The notes under the pieces: generated by a model | Seen by the model: only the letters and a program-made list of their open reading frames with translations | Database searches by the model: none | What the model was told of the DNA's origin: nothing | Source: an uncultured Candidatus Competibacteraceae bacterium | GTDB lineage: Bacteria > Pseudomonadota > Gammaproteobacteria > Competibacterales > Competibacteraceae | DNA: 60,117 bases | Assembly (NCBI GenBank): GCA_937960715.1 | Contig: CALGOO010000171.1 | Coordinates: 1-60,117 of the forward strand | Direction of reading: 5' to 3' | In this document: positions 1-8,770 of the stretch, one piece after another | Numbering within the stretch: the stretch's first letter is position 1 | How the letters are laid out: the number at the start of each line of letters is the position of its first letter | Program-made: the position numbers and the translations under genes

Positions 1-97
1 CGGTGCAGGATTCCAGCGCGGCTCGGGCGGCGGGACTGAGATGCTCCAACCCGCCGGGGCCGGTGCCGATAATGTAGAGTCGTCGAGTGAGAGGCAT
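1..97 (-). CDS. Tetrapyrrole methyltransferase, CobJ/CbiH-like (precorrin-3B C17-methyltransferase); runs off the window edge
   Basis: Manual translation from ATG at 97 gives MPLTRRLYIIGTGPGGLEHLSPAARAALESCT, the typical L-Y-x-x-G-x-G-P-G N-terminus of TP methylases. Not in the ORF track. Confidence 0.65.
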   Translation of the reverse strand, partial: MPLTRRLYIIGTGPGGLEHLSPAARAALESCT

Positions 98-102
98 GAA
101 GG

Positions 103-660
103 TTACATCGCGGTAAAGTGATTCCAGGGCGAATTCTGGCACACTTCCGCGAACCGTCCCCAGCTTTCGACATCCCGCCGCTCCAGCAACCGCCCGGCAA
201 ATTTCAGCGCCACCGCCAGATTCGCTTCGGCCGCCGCGCTCAACGGCTGGCCCAGCTCGAACCGTTCGCCGCGAATGGCCAGTTGAAACGCCGGTGGTGG
301 CGGGACGTGATTGATCTGCTGGTAAACGTGCAACACGGCGGCGGACGACAGGGCGTGGCTGGTGTAGCTGGTATCGCGCGCCGGCCGCAGGCGGGTGAAT
401 TGAAACGGCGGCGGGCAGGAGACGCTGGCGTCCACGAACAATGCCAGCGCTCGATTTTCCAAATCCACCGCGTGTTCGATCTGCAACTGAAAATCGGTGA
501 GCAGTTCGATGTCGTTCCAGTCACCGCGTTGCTCCCGCACCGCCGCCAGCCGTTCCAGAAACAGCGGCCCTAAGGCGTCATCGCCCCGGCTGGGATTGCC
601 GACGGCGAGAACCAACAAACAGGAACAACGCCCCTCAACGCGCGTCCCGGACAACTCCAT
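103..660 (-). CDS. hoxW: Hydrogenase maturation endopeptidase
   Basis: AVGNPSRGDDALG, VDA and SHAL motifs of the HycI/HoxW family; directly downstream of hoxH. Start uncertain (660 or a later TTG). Confidence 0.88.
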   Translation of the reverse strand: MELSGTRVEGRCSCLLVLAVGNPSRGDDALGPLFLERLAAVREQRGDWNDIELLTDFQLQIEHAVDLENRALALFVDASVSCPPPFQFTRLRPARDTSYTSHALSSAAVLHVYQQINHVPPPPAFQLAIRGERFELGQPLSAAAEANLAVALKFAGRLLERRDVESWGRFAEVCQNSPWNHFTAM

Positions 661-2125
661 CCACATCCCGCGTCAGAGAATCGACCACCGCCCCACTCTC
701 TTCCTCCACCAACTCCACATAAAGCGGCATCTGACCCAGGGCGTGGGTGGCGCAGGACAGGCAGGGATCGTAGGCCCGCACCGCAACCTCGATCTGGTTC
801 AGCAACGGCTCGGTCAGTTCCTTGCCGTCGAGATAGCGTTCCGCCACCTGGCGGATGGACTCGTTCATCGCCTGATTGTTGTTGGTGGTGGACACGATCA
901 GGTTGGCCTTCTCGATCAGTCCATCCTCGTTGATGCGGTAATGGTGGAACAGCGTGCCGCGCGGCGCTTCGATCACGCCAACGCCCTCGCGCGTCATCTC
1001 GCCGCACACCACCAGTTCGTCGCCGAAAATGTCCGGATCGAGCAGCAGTTCCTGGATCGCCTCGGCGGCGTGCAACAGCTCGATCATCCGCGCCCAGTGA
1101 TAGGCCAGGGTCAGGTGAACCGGCTGGCCCTCGCCCAGCGCGGCGAACTCGCGCCGTTCCGCTTCGGCCAGGGGCGTGGGAATGAAGTCGCAGTTGTTCA
1201 CCCGCGCCAGCGGACCCACCCGATACCAGCCTTTGTCCGGCCCCAACGAGTGGATAAACGGGAACTTCATGTAGCTCCATGGCTTGACCTGCTCGCGCAG
1301 CACCTGGGCATAGCGCCGGTAATCCAGATGATCGAACAGGATGTCGCCCCGGTCATTCCGGGCCCGTAGCCCACCGTGGTACAGGTCCAGCCCTCCATCA
1401 GTGCGAACCAGACCGAGGTAGTTGGAGTGAATGGTGGCGAAATGGGTGAAATAGCCGGGATTCAGGGCGTAGGCCTGCTTGATCAGCTTGAGGATATTGC
1501 GGCCCCACTGGATCATCAGATCGAGATCGGCCAACAGGTAGTTGCGCTCCTGCAAGGTCAACGCCTTGTTGACCCCGCCGGGCACGTTGCCGGAGCCATG
1601 CACCCGCTTGCCGGTGGTGATTTGGATCACCTCCTGGCCGTACTTGCGCAGTCGCACGCCCTGGCGGGCGATATCGGGAAAATCGGCCATGACGCCACCG
1701 ACGTTGCGGTGCGCGGCGGGATCGTCGAAATCGAACAGGAAATCCGGCGAGGCCAGATGGAAGAAATGCACCGCGTGCGATTGCAGGGTCTGGCCATAGT
1801 GCATCAGCCGACGGATCTTCTCGGCGGTCGGAGTGATTTGCGACGCTCCGACCAGTTGATCCACCGCCTTGGACGCCGCCAGGTTATGGCTGACCGGACA
1901 AATTCCGCACAGCCGCTGCACCACTACCGGCACCTCCCAGTACGGCCGGCCCTGGATGAACTTCTCGAAGCCGCGAAACTCGACGATATGCAACCGCGCC
2001 TGGCGGACGTGATGATCCCGATCCACCAGCAACGTGACCTTGCCGTGCCCCTCGACCCGACTGAGCGGGTCGATGGCGATCCGACGCAGATATTCCGGCT
2101 GGGCAGCCGTTTCCAAGGTGCTCAT
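635..2125 (-). CDS. hoxH: NAD-reducing [NiFe] hydrogenase large subunit (group 3d)
   Basis: RVEGHG, L1 motif RLCGIC, L2 motif DPCLSCATH followed by a cleavable C-terminal extension. Confidence 0.96.
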   Translation of the reverse strand: MSTLETAAQPEYLRRIAIDPLSRVEGHGKVTLLVDRDHHVRQARLHIVEFRGFEKFIQGRPYWEVPVVVQRLCGICPVSHNLAASKAVDQLVGASQITPTAEKIRRLMHYGQTLQSHAVHFFHLASPDFLFDFDDPAAHRNVGGVMADFPDIARQGVRLRKYGQEVIQITTGKRVHGSGNVPGGVNKALTLQERNYLLADLDLMIQWGRNILKLIKQAYALNPGYFTHFATIHSNYLGLVRTDGGLDLYHGGLRARNDRGDILFDHLDYRRYAQVLREQVKPWSYMKFPFIHSLGPDKGWYRVGPLARVNNCDFIPTPLAEAERREFAALGEGQPVHLTLAYHWARMIELLHAAEAIQELLLDPDIFGDELVVCGEMTREGVGVIEAPRGTLFHHYRINEDGLIEKANLIVSTTNNNQAMNESIRQVAERYLDGKELTEPLLNQIEVAVRAYDPCLSCATHALGQMPLYVELVEEESGAVVDSLTRDVDGVVRDAR

Positions 2126-2137
2126 GACGCGCCTCGC

Positions 2138-2680
2138 TCAATCATAGTGAATCTGGGTATAGGGCAGCGCGAGCGGCTGGCCCGACAGCAGTTGATTCAC
2201 GAAGGTCCAAATCGCGTCCGCCGACGGCGGGCAGCCCGGCAGGAAGTAGTCGATCTTCACCACTTCGTGCAGCGGATGCACCTGGTTCAGCAGCAACGGA
2301 ATTTCCGGATCGTTGGGAATCTGGGGATTGACCAGGCCGATCCCGCGCAGGTACGACTCCTCCAGGCATTCCTTGAGGTCGTACTGGTTGCGCATCGCCG
2401 GAACGCCGCCGTTCAGCGCGCAAGCACCGATGGCGACCAGAACCTTGCAATGCGCCCGAAACTCCATCAGCACATGGACGTTCTCGGCGTTGCAAACCCC
2501 ACCCTCGATCAGGCCCAAATCGCAGTTACCCAGTTCCTTGATGTCGGTCAGCGGACTGCGGTCCAGTTCCACCCGTTCGGCCAGCTCGAACAGCCGCTCA
2601 TCGAGATCGAGCAGCGACATATGGCAGCCAAAACAGCCGGCCAGTGAACAGGTAGCGATCTTCACCTTGGGTTCACTCAT
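2138..2680 (-). CDS. hoxY: [NiFe] hydrogenase small subunit
   Basis: MSEPKVKIATCSLAGCFGCH, GACA, PGCPP; ATG at 2680 overlaps the hoxU stop. Confidence 0.95.
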   Translation of the reverse strand: MSEPKVKIATCSLAGCFGCHMSLLDLDERLFELAERVELDRSPLTDIKELGNCDLGLIEGGVCNAENVHVLMEFRAHCKVLVAIGACALNGGVPAMRNQYDLKECLEESYLRGIGLVNPQIPNDPEIPLLLNQVHPLHEVVKIDYFLPGCPPSADAIWTFVNQLLSGQPLALPYTQIHYD

Positions 2681-3413
2681 GGCGGCGTCCCCCCTTGCTT
2701 TCCGCCAGCGTCGCCACATCGCCGACCACGCTGATCGGCTTGCGGTCGTAAAGCCGCTGGCCGATGGGAATCTCATAGCCGCGGTGCTTGGTCAAAATCG
2801 CTCCGGTCGGACAGACTTGCGCCGCTTTGTCGGTGACGCTGAAATCGGTCGCGCCGAGCTTGCCGGATGGGGTATTGACCACCAGATGAGCCTGGATACC
2901 TCGTCCCTGCACCGCGAAGATATTCTTGCCGTCCACGTCGCGACTGGCGCGCACGCACAGCTCGCACAGAATGCAGCGGTTGAAATCGATCACCGCCTCG
3001 GGATGGGAGGCGTCTACCGGCCGGCGCGGATAGAAGTGGGTGTAGTGCGGCGCCAGCATCCCGACGTAATAGGCCACCGCCTGTAATTGACACGCCCCGC
3101 TCTTCTCGCAGGCCGGACAGACGTGGTTGCCTTCCACGAACAGCATTTGCAGGATGCCACGCCGAATCTCGCGCAGTTCCCCGGTTTCGTTCTGCACCGC
3201 CTGGCCCACCGCCGCTGGGGTGGTGCAAGCCGCCTGCACCCGACCGTTGACCTTGACCAGGCAGACCCGGCAACTGCCGTGCGGGGCGAATTCCGGGTTG
3301 AAGCACAGATGCGGGATATAGACTCCAGCGGCCAGCGCGGCGGCCATGATGGTCTGGCCGTCCTGGAACGGCACCCGCCGCCCGTCCAGCGTGAAACTCC
3401 GGTCCGCGCTCAT
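2673..3413 (-). CDS. hoxU: Diaphorase Fe-S subunit (NuoG N-terminal-like)
   Basis: IPHLC...GSCRVC...AC 2Fe-2S motif, HVCPACEKSGACQLQ, RCILCELCVRA; ATG at 3413 overlaps the hoxF stop. Confidence 0.93.
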   Translation of the reverse strand: MSADRSFTLDGRRVPFQDGQTIMAAALAAGVYIPHLCFNPEFAPHGSCRVCLVKVNGRVQAACTTPAAVGQAVQNETGELREIRRGILQMLFVEGNHVCPACEKSGACQLQAVAYYVGMLAPHYTHFYPRRPVDASHPEAVIDFNRCILCELCVRASRDVDGKNIFAVQGRGIQAHLVVNTPSGKLGATDFSVTDKAAQVCPTGAILTKHRGYEIPIGQRLYDRKPISVVGDVATLAESKGGRRHE

Positions 3414-5227
3414 GGCATCGCCCCCAGTATCAATTCTTCCTCGCGCAAATAGGCGTCCGGGTCGCTGCGCCCCGTCAATTGCCGGGCCTGCTCCAGCGCC
3501 GCGTCCAGATCGAAAGCCGGCTCGAAGGCGGTGGACCGCAGCCGCCGTTCCCAAGCTTCCGGAAACTGCTCCAGACTGTCCAGCACCGGATTGGGCGCGG
3601 TCTGACCCAGCCCGCAATGACAGGCGACCTGCATGATCCGGCCCAGCTTGCGCATCTCTTCCAGGTCGTAACGGGTTCCATGGCCGGTGTGCATCTTGGT
3701 CACCAGATCACGCAGCAGCGAGGTGCCGACCCGGCAGGGCGTGCAGAAGCCGCAACTTTCATGGACGAAGAAATGAGCGAAATTGCGGACGCCATCGAGA
3801 ATGTCGCGCCGATGGCTGAACACCATGAACGAGCCGCCGGTCGCCAGATCCTCGAAGCAGATACGCCGGTCGAACTGGCGGGCGGAAATCATGTGCCCGG
3901 CCGGACCGGCCATCTGGATACCTTGCGCGTCCAGCGCCCCACAGTCTTCCAGCACCCGCCGCACCGTGACGCCGAACGGGTATTCGTAAATCCCCGGCCG
4001 CTCGCAGTCGCCGCTGAGGCTGAGCAGCTTGGTGCCCTTGGACTCCGCCGTGCCCCGGCTGGCGAACCAGGCGCCGCCCTCCACGGCGATCTTGGCGGCG
4101 GCGGCGAAGGTCTCGACGTTGTTGACCACGGTGGGCTGGTTCAAATAACCGTGCGTGGTCGGGAACGGTGGGCGGATGCGTGGCACCCCGTGCTTGCCCT
4201 CCAGCGATTCGATCAGCGCCGATTCCTCGCCGCAGACGTAAGCGCCCGCTCCAAGGTGAATGTCAATGTCAAAACCGAAGGTCGGATCGCCCAGGATAGC
4301 CTTGCCCAGCAAACCCACCTCGCGGCGACGTTGCAGGTGGGCTTGAAGCGATGGCAACAAGTAGCGGTACTCGCCGCGCAAGTACACGAAGCCCTGGCGG
4401 GCGCCGATGACCCGGCCGCACAGGGTCATGCCCTCGAACACCAGGTCGGCGAAATCCTGCATCAACACCCGGTCCTTGAAGGTGCCTGGCTCGCCCTCGT
4501 CGGCGTTGCAGACCACGTATTTCACCTCGCCCGGCGCGTTGCGGCAGGAAATCCACTTGGCCGCCGATTTGAACCCGGCGCCGCCCTGCCCGCGCAAACC
4601 GGACTTGACCATCTCTTCCAGGATCGCCTCCGGGCCACGCTTGAGCACCGCCCGCAGCGCCGAACCGTCGGCGAAATGCCGCCCCAGCAAGATATCGGCG
4701 CGGCGGATGTTGCTGATCACCTCGAAAAATTCACACGGCCATTGCGCCAGTGGGATTTGCCCATTCACCAGTTCGGCGATCCGATTCAGGCGCGGTTTGT
4801 CGAGGCGAGTGAGCGCATAACCGTTCACCAGCGCCGCCGGTCCCTGGTCGCACATACCGGTGCAGGACGTCGTACCGACTGTGACTACTCCATCGACGCG
4901 GGTTTTACCGACCTCGACGCCCAGCCGCTCGCAAAGGTAGTGCAACAGTTCGCGATTGCCGAGCATCCGGTCGGTGATGTTGTCGCTGAAGAGGAGGTCG
5001 TAGGAACCGCGCGGCGCGGTGTAAAGGAAGGAATAGAATTCGGCGACGCCGCGCACCTTGGCCGGGGAAATGTGGAGTTCCTCGGCGACCCGGTCCAAGG
5101 TCTCGGGCGACAGCCAGGTCAGGTGGTCTTGCACGTCGCGCAGGATTTGCAGCAGCCGGGTCGGCGTGCCGCCGTGGCGTTGGACGATTTCGCAAACCGT
5201 CTGGGCAGGTAAGTCGGATTCCGCCAT
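3410..5227 (-). CDS. hoxF: Diaphorase flavoprotein subunit (NuoE-like plus NuoF-like domains)
   Basis: SGLRGQGGAGF, NADEGEPGTFKDR, GAGAYVCGEES, ESCGFCTPCR, CHCGLG; 605 aa; GGAGG Shine-Dalgarno upstream. Confidence 0.95.
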   Translation of the reverse strand: MAESDLPAQTVCEIVQRHGGTPTRLLQILRDVQDHLTWLSPETLDRVAEELHISPAKVRGVAEFYSFLYTAPRGSYDLLFSDNITDRMLGNRELLHYLCERLGVEVGKTRVDGVVTVGTTSCTGMCDQGPAALVNGYALTRLDKPRLNRIAELVNGQIPLAQWPCEFFEVISNIRRADILLGRHFADGSALRAVLKRGPEAILEEMVKSGLRGQGGAGFKSAAKWISCRNAPGEVKYVVCNADEGEPGTFKDRVLMQDFADLVFEGMTLCGRVIGARQGFVYLRGEYRYLLPSLQAHLQRRREVGLLGKAILGDPTFGFDIDIHLGAGAYVCGEESALIESLEGKHGVPRIRPPFPTTHGYLNQPTVVNNVETFAAAAKIAVEGGAWFASRGTAESKGTKLLSLSGDCERPGIYEYPFGVTVRRVLEDCGALDAQGIQMAGPAGHMISARQFDRRICFEDLATGGSFMVFSHRRDILDGVRNFAHFFVHESCGFCTPCRVGTSLLRDLVTKMHTGHGTRYDLEEMRKLGRIMQVACHCGLGQTAPNPVLDSLEQFPEAWERRLRSTAFEPAFDLDAALEQARQLTGRSDPDAYLREEELILGAMP

Positions 5228-5549
5228 GGATCACCTCCATCGTCGATGGGCCAATCCGGCGTCGTGGAGCGCGGATGGCGATTTTTTCGAGCAGGCCGCT
5301 AAACCACAATTTTTTCAATCATAACCCAAATCAAGATAAAAATCTTTATTTCCTTATGGGTTAAGACCTAATCCAGCAGTGGCGTGGAACGTGGTGGGCC
5401 ATGTCGAATCCAACGATTTAGAAAAATCGTCCGCCCTTTCCCCAAACCGCCTCGCGGTAGCCTCGGCGCGATTGCGTTCTGGCGTTACCAGGGAATTGCG
5501 GGCAGAATTTTGATTTCCCGCGACCCACTACCGGAGGCGAGACGCTCCC

Positions 5550-6815
5550 ATGCCGAGCCCACATTCGAAATCCATCCGCTGGCTACTGCTCGGATGGTTG
5601 GCCACCAGCGCCGCGCAGGCGGCGTTCTATCCCCTGCCGCCCCCGGACACCGACGTCATCGGACAAGTCAAGGTGATGTACGCCACCAAGGACGACACCC
5701 TGCTCGACATCGCCCGCCGCTATAGCCTGGGTTATGACGAAATCGTTCACGCCAACCCGGGCGTGGACCGCTGGGCGCCTGGCGAAGGCACGCCCATCGT
5801 CCTGCCGACCCGCTACATTCTGCCCACCACCCCACGCGAGGGCATCGTCCTCAACATCGCGGAGATGCGGCTGTACTACTACCCGAAGACCAACGCCGGC
5901 GAGGAGCGGGTGGTGTACACGTATCCGGTCAGCATCGGCCGGATGGACTGGAAGACACCGATGGGTTTGACCAAGGTGGTCGCCAAGGAAGTCGATCCGG
6001 CATGGCGACCGCCAGCCTCGATCAAGGCCGAACACGCCGCCGAGGGCGACATCCTGCCGGACGTGATTCCCGGCGGCCCCGACAATCCGCTGGGGCGTTA
6101 CGCCATGCGCTTGGGCGTGCCCGGTTATCTGATCCACAGCACCAACAAACCTTTCGGCATCGGCATGCGAGTGACGCACGGTTGCGTGCGGATGTACCCG
6201 GAAGACATCGAACGTCTGTTCGGCATGGTGCCGGTCGGTACGCCGGTGCGGTTGGTCGATCAACCGGTGAAGGTCGGGCGGCTGAACGGCCAATTGATGG
6301 TCGAGTCGCACGCGCCGCTGGAAGAAGACAACCTGCCGATCAAGGTGACCCTTGAGCAGGCCCACCAGGCGGTCATCGCCAAGACCGGCCCCGACATGGC
6401 CGGCGTGGATCAGGCCACGCTGGAACTGGCGGTGGAACAATTCAGCGGCATTCCCGTGCCGATTTCCGCGCCGGTTTCGCATCCGGTCACCCAACCCACC
6501 GGGCCAGCGCCAGGGCAATCCGCCTCCGAAGCGCCCGTCGCCAACCGAGCGCCGACTCCCTACCCACCCCCCACGGCTTACAGCCCTCCTCCCAGCCCGG
6601 TTTACCGACCCGCGCCGCCCGGAGCCGCCCCCGGCAACTCAGCAGCGGATTACCGATCTCCTTATTCTTACTCGCCGGACGCGCCGCCGCCCGTTTCCCG
6701 ACCCGCGCCCGTCTATCCCGCGCCCTACCCCTACTCCACCCCGCCCGCGGCTCGACCGTCCGCGCGCGACGAGATTCGCGAACCGCCAACTCTCTCGCCG
6801 CCCAGCCGGTTGTAA
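5550..6815 (+). CDS. L,D-transpeptidase, ErfK/YcfS/YnhG family, with LysM domain and Pro-rich tail
   Basis: Signal peptide; LysM-like DTLLDIARRY...ANPGVD; PGGPDNPLG; catalytic region IHST...THGCVRM. Confidence 0.92.
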   Translation: MPSPHSKSIRWLLLGWLATSAAQAAFYPLPPPDTDVIGQVKVMYATKDDTLLDIARRYSLGYDEIVHANPGVDRWAPGEGTPIVLPTRYILPTTPREGIVLNIAEMRLYYYPKTNAGEERVVYTYPVSIGRMDWKTPMGLTKVVAKEVDPAWRPPASIKAEHAAEGDILPDVIPGGPDNPLGRYAMRLGVPGYLIHSTNKPFGIGMRVTHGCVRMYPEDIERLFGMVPVGTPVRLVDQPVKVGRLNGQLMVESHAPLEEDNLPIKVTLEQAHQAVIAKTGPDMAGVDQATLELAVEQFSGIPVPISAPVSHPVTQPTGPAPGQSASEAPVANRAPTPYPPPTAYSPPPSPVYRPAPPGAAPGNSAADYRSPYSYSPDAPPPVSRPAPVYPAPYPYSTPPAARPSARDEIREPPTLSPPSRL

Positions 6816-6822
6816 CGCCCAC

Positions 6823-6851
6823 AAAAAAACCCCGTTCGCACGGGGTTTTTT
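6823..6851. terminator. Bidirectional rho-independent terminator
   Basis: AAAAAAACCCCG-TTCGCA-CGGGGTTTTTT between convergent genes. Confidence 0.85.
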
Positions 6852-6872
6852 ACCGCCCTTAAAAAGTCGGGC

Positions 6873-7094
6873 TTACTTGTACATCGACTTTTTGAACATG
6901 CGGTTAATCTTTTCCTCGGTCGCCATGCTCATGGACTTGGCGTCGTTGGCGGTATCCAGGGCATTGCGCGCCATGGCCTTGGCTTCGTTGGCATCATTCT
7001 GCACTTTTTGCAAATCACTGGTGCTGGCGCAACCCACGGTCAAACCGGCGATCAGGGCCAGCGCGGAAAGCTTGGTGACGGTCTTGAGGGACAT
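6873..7094 (-). CDS. Lpp/OprI-family alanine-zipper outer-membrane lipoprotein
   Basis: 73 aa; lipobox TVGC; heptad Ala/Asn coiled coil; ends KINRMFKKSMYK with a terminal Lys; AAGGAG Shine-Dalgarno. Confidence 0.85.
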   Translation of the reverse strand: MSLKTVTKLSALALIAGLTVGCASTSDLQKVQNDANEAKAMARNALDTANDAKSMSMATEEKINRMFKKSMYK

Positions 7095-7240
7095 CTTCAA
7101 CTCCTTAAACATCATTACATGACAAACACAAAGGTGCTGACTAGCGACTCTGTCGCTAAAGCACAACCAAGTTGCAACAACACAACAAGACCATTATATA
7201 ACGAAACCGAAGTTCACGGACAATGGCGAAAACACCGCGA

Positions 7241-7849
7241 TCAGCGTATTTCGACCCGCATGCCTTTTCTGACCCATGGTCTGAGCGCCTCGATCTGATG
7301 GTTGTCCAGCGCCACGCAGCCGCTGGTCCAGTTGATGCCCGCGTTGTGAACCCGTGGATCGCCCATCCCCACCCCATGAATACCGATCTGCCCACCCAGC
7401 GGCGTGTCCTGTGGCGGGGTATAGCCATGGGTCCAGGCGGCGCGGATGCGCTCGTAGGTGGCGCGGTCGATCCGATGTTCCCGCAACGCCCGCTCCGCGT
7501 AGTCGGGATTGGGATAATCGAGGCCGATAAAGGTCTTAAACCGGCTCTGATCGTTGATCCAACCAATCCGGAACACTCCGGTCGGCGTCCGGTTGTCGCC
7601 GCGCCGAGACTTGACGCCGGCCCCGCTGCTGCCCAAGGCAATCGGGCGAAATACCTTGATCGGTTGCTGGCCCTGCATGATGCTCAACGTATCCGCCTTG
7701 GTGTCCACCAGCAGCCAGGGCTCGCGCAACGACGCGAACTGATTCGCCAACGGGGGCGGCGCCGATTCCTGAAGGTCGTTCGGGGCGCAGGCGCTGATCA
7801 ACCAGGCCAGCAGCCCAAGCAACACAACCCGTTTACCGAACTTCCACAT
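7241..7849 (-). CDS. YkuD/L,D-transpeptidase-family lipoprotein, YafK/DpaA-like
   Basis: Lipobox LISAC; GDNRTPTG, LDYPN, GGQIGIHG...WTSGCVALDN motifs. Confidence 0.8.
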   Translation of the reverse strand: MWKFGKRVVLLGLLAWLISACAPNDLQESAPPPLANQFASLREPWLLVDTKADTLSIMQGQQPIKVFRPIALGSSGAGVKSRRGDNRTPTGVFRIGWINDQSRFKTFIGLDYPNPDYAERALREHRIDRATYERIRAAWTHGYTPPQDTPLGGQIGIHGVGMGDPRVHNAGINWTSGCVALDNHQIEALRPWVRKGMRVEIR

Positions 7850-7941
7850 ACCGGTCCTCACGCCTCTTGCTGTTTTACTCAAGGTAAATTTATAGGCAGC
7901 CCGCACGATGACGCAAGCCCATTCCCCAAGCTCGCTCGCGG

Positions 7942-8394
7942 TTAGAACCGGGGCTCCAACGCCACCTGGCTCAGCAGCGAGTTGCCGACGAAGCAATTTT
8001 CCTTGGCCTTGCGGTGCAATTGCCGCACCGTATCCTCATCGGGAATCGTCGCGCCGCCGAACGTCACCTGGGGGCGCAGCGTCATCCGGGCGACCATGAG
8101 CTTGCCCTTCTCGTTCTTGCCGAGTTCGGCCACCGGTTCGTCCTCGTAGCGATCCACCACCAGTTTCCTGAGCGCGGCGATGGAGAGAAAGGTCAGCATG
8201 TGGCAACTGGACAGCGCCGCCAGCAACGCCTCCTCGGGGTTGCTCATCTCGGGATTGCCGGAATAGTCCGGCGCGGACGAGCCGCGCACGGTCTGCCCGC
8301 CGGCCAATCGCCAGACATGGTCGCGGCTGAAGGTTTTCACGTCAAAATCCGGCGTGGAGCGTTGCCAGCTCAAGCCAATGGAAAAACTGGACAT
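7942..8394 (-). CDS. OsmC/Ohr family protein
   Basis: NPEEALLAALSSCHMLTF and second cysteine in ENCFVGNS. Confidence 0.9.
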   Translation of the reverse strand: MSSFSIGLSWQRSTPDFDVKTFSRDHVWRLAGGQTVRGSSAPDYSGNPEMSNPEEALLAALSSCHMLTFLSIAALRKLVVDRYEDEPVAELGKNEKGKLMVARMTLRPQVTFGGATIPDEDTVRQLHRKAKENCFVGNSLLSQVALEPRF

Positions 8395-8457
8395 GATGCA
8401 TTCCTCATGGGGATGGACAAGGAAAATCCACGAGGTCGTCGACCCGTGGAACCCGCG

Positions 8458-8760
8458 TCAACGGCTGGTCGGTGGCAGCGCCTCCAACGCCGCCGACGCG
8501 CAAACGTCGCCGCGCAATGTCTGCTCCAACCGGGCGATGCGCTTGCGTAACTCGTCGTTCACCGCTTCCCGCTGGGCCAATAACGCCGCGCCATCCACGG
8601 CGCGGACGCCGAATCCCGCCCCGCTCATCAGCCAGCCGACGGCCAGCCCGCACAGCAGAATCGCCAGCGCCGCCAAACCCCAGGCCCAGGCCCGCTGGTG
8701 GCGCGGAATGGCCGTCTCGGCGGCGTAAACCGTGAATTGCTCCTGTTCCTGTCGATTCAT
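8458..8760 (-). CDS. Small membrane protein (TM helix plus coiled coil), srfA-associated
   Basis: 100 aa; hydrophobic helix WAWGLAALAILLCGLAVGWL then a coiled coil ending in GDVC; GAGGA Shine-Dalgarno right after the srfA-like stop. Confidence 0.65.
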   Translation of the reverse strand: MNRQEQEQFTVYAAETAIPRHQRAWAWGLAALAILLCGLAVGWLMSGAGFGVRAVDGAALLAQREAVNDELRKRIARLEQTLRGDVCASAALEALPPTSR

Positions 8761-8770
8761 GCCGGATTCC

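Noticed and set aside
5320-5430. AT-rich tract between hoxF and the L,D-transpeptidase gene as an IHF or sigma54 site
   Set aside because: No convincing consensus match by eye.
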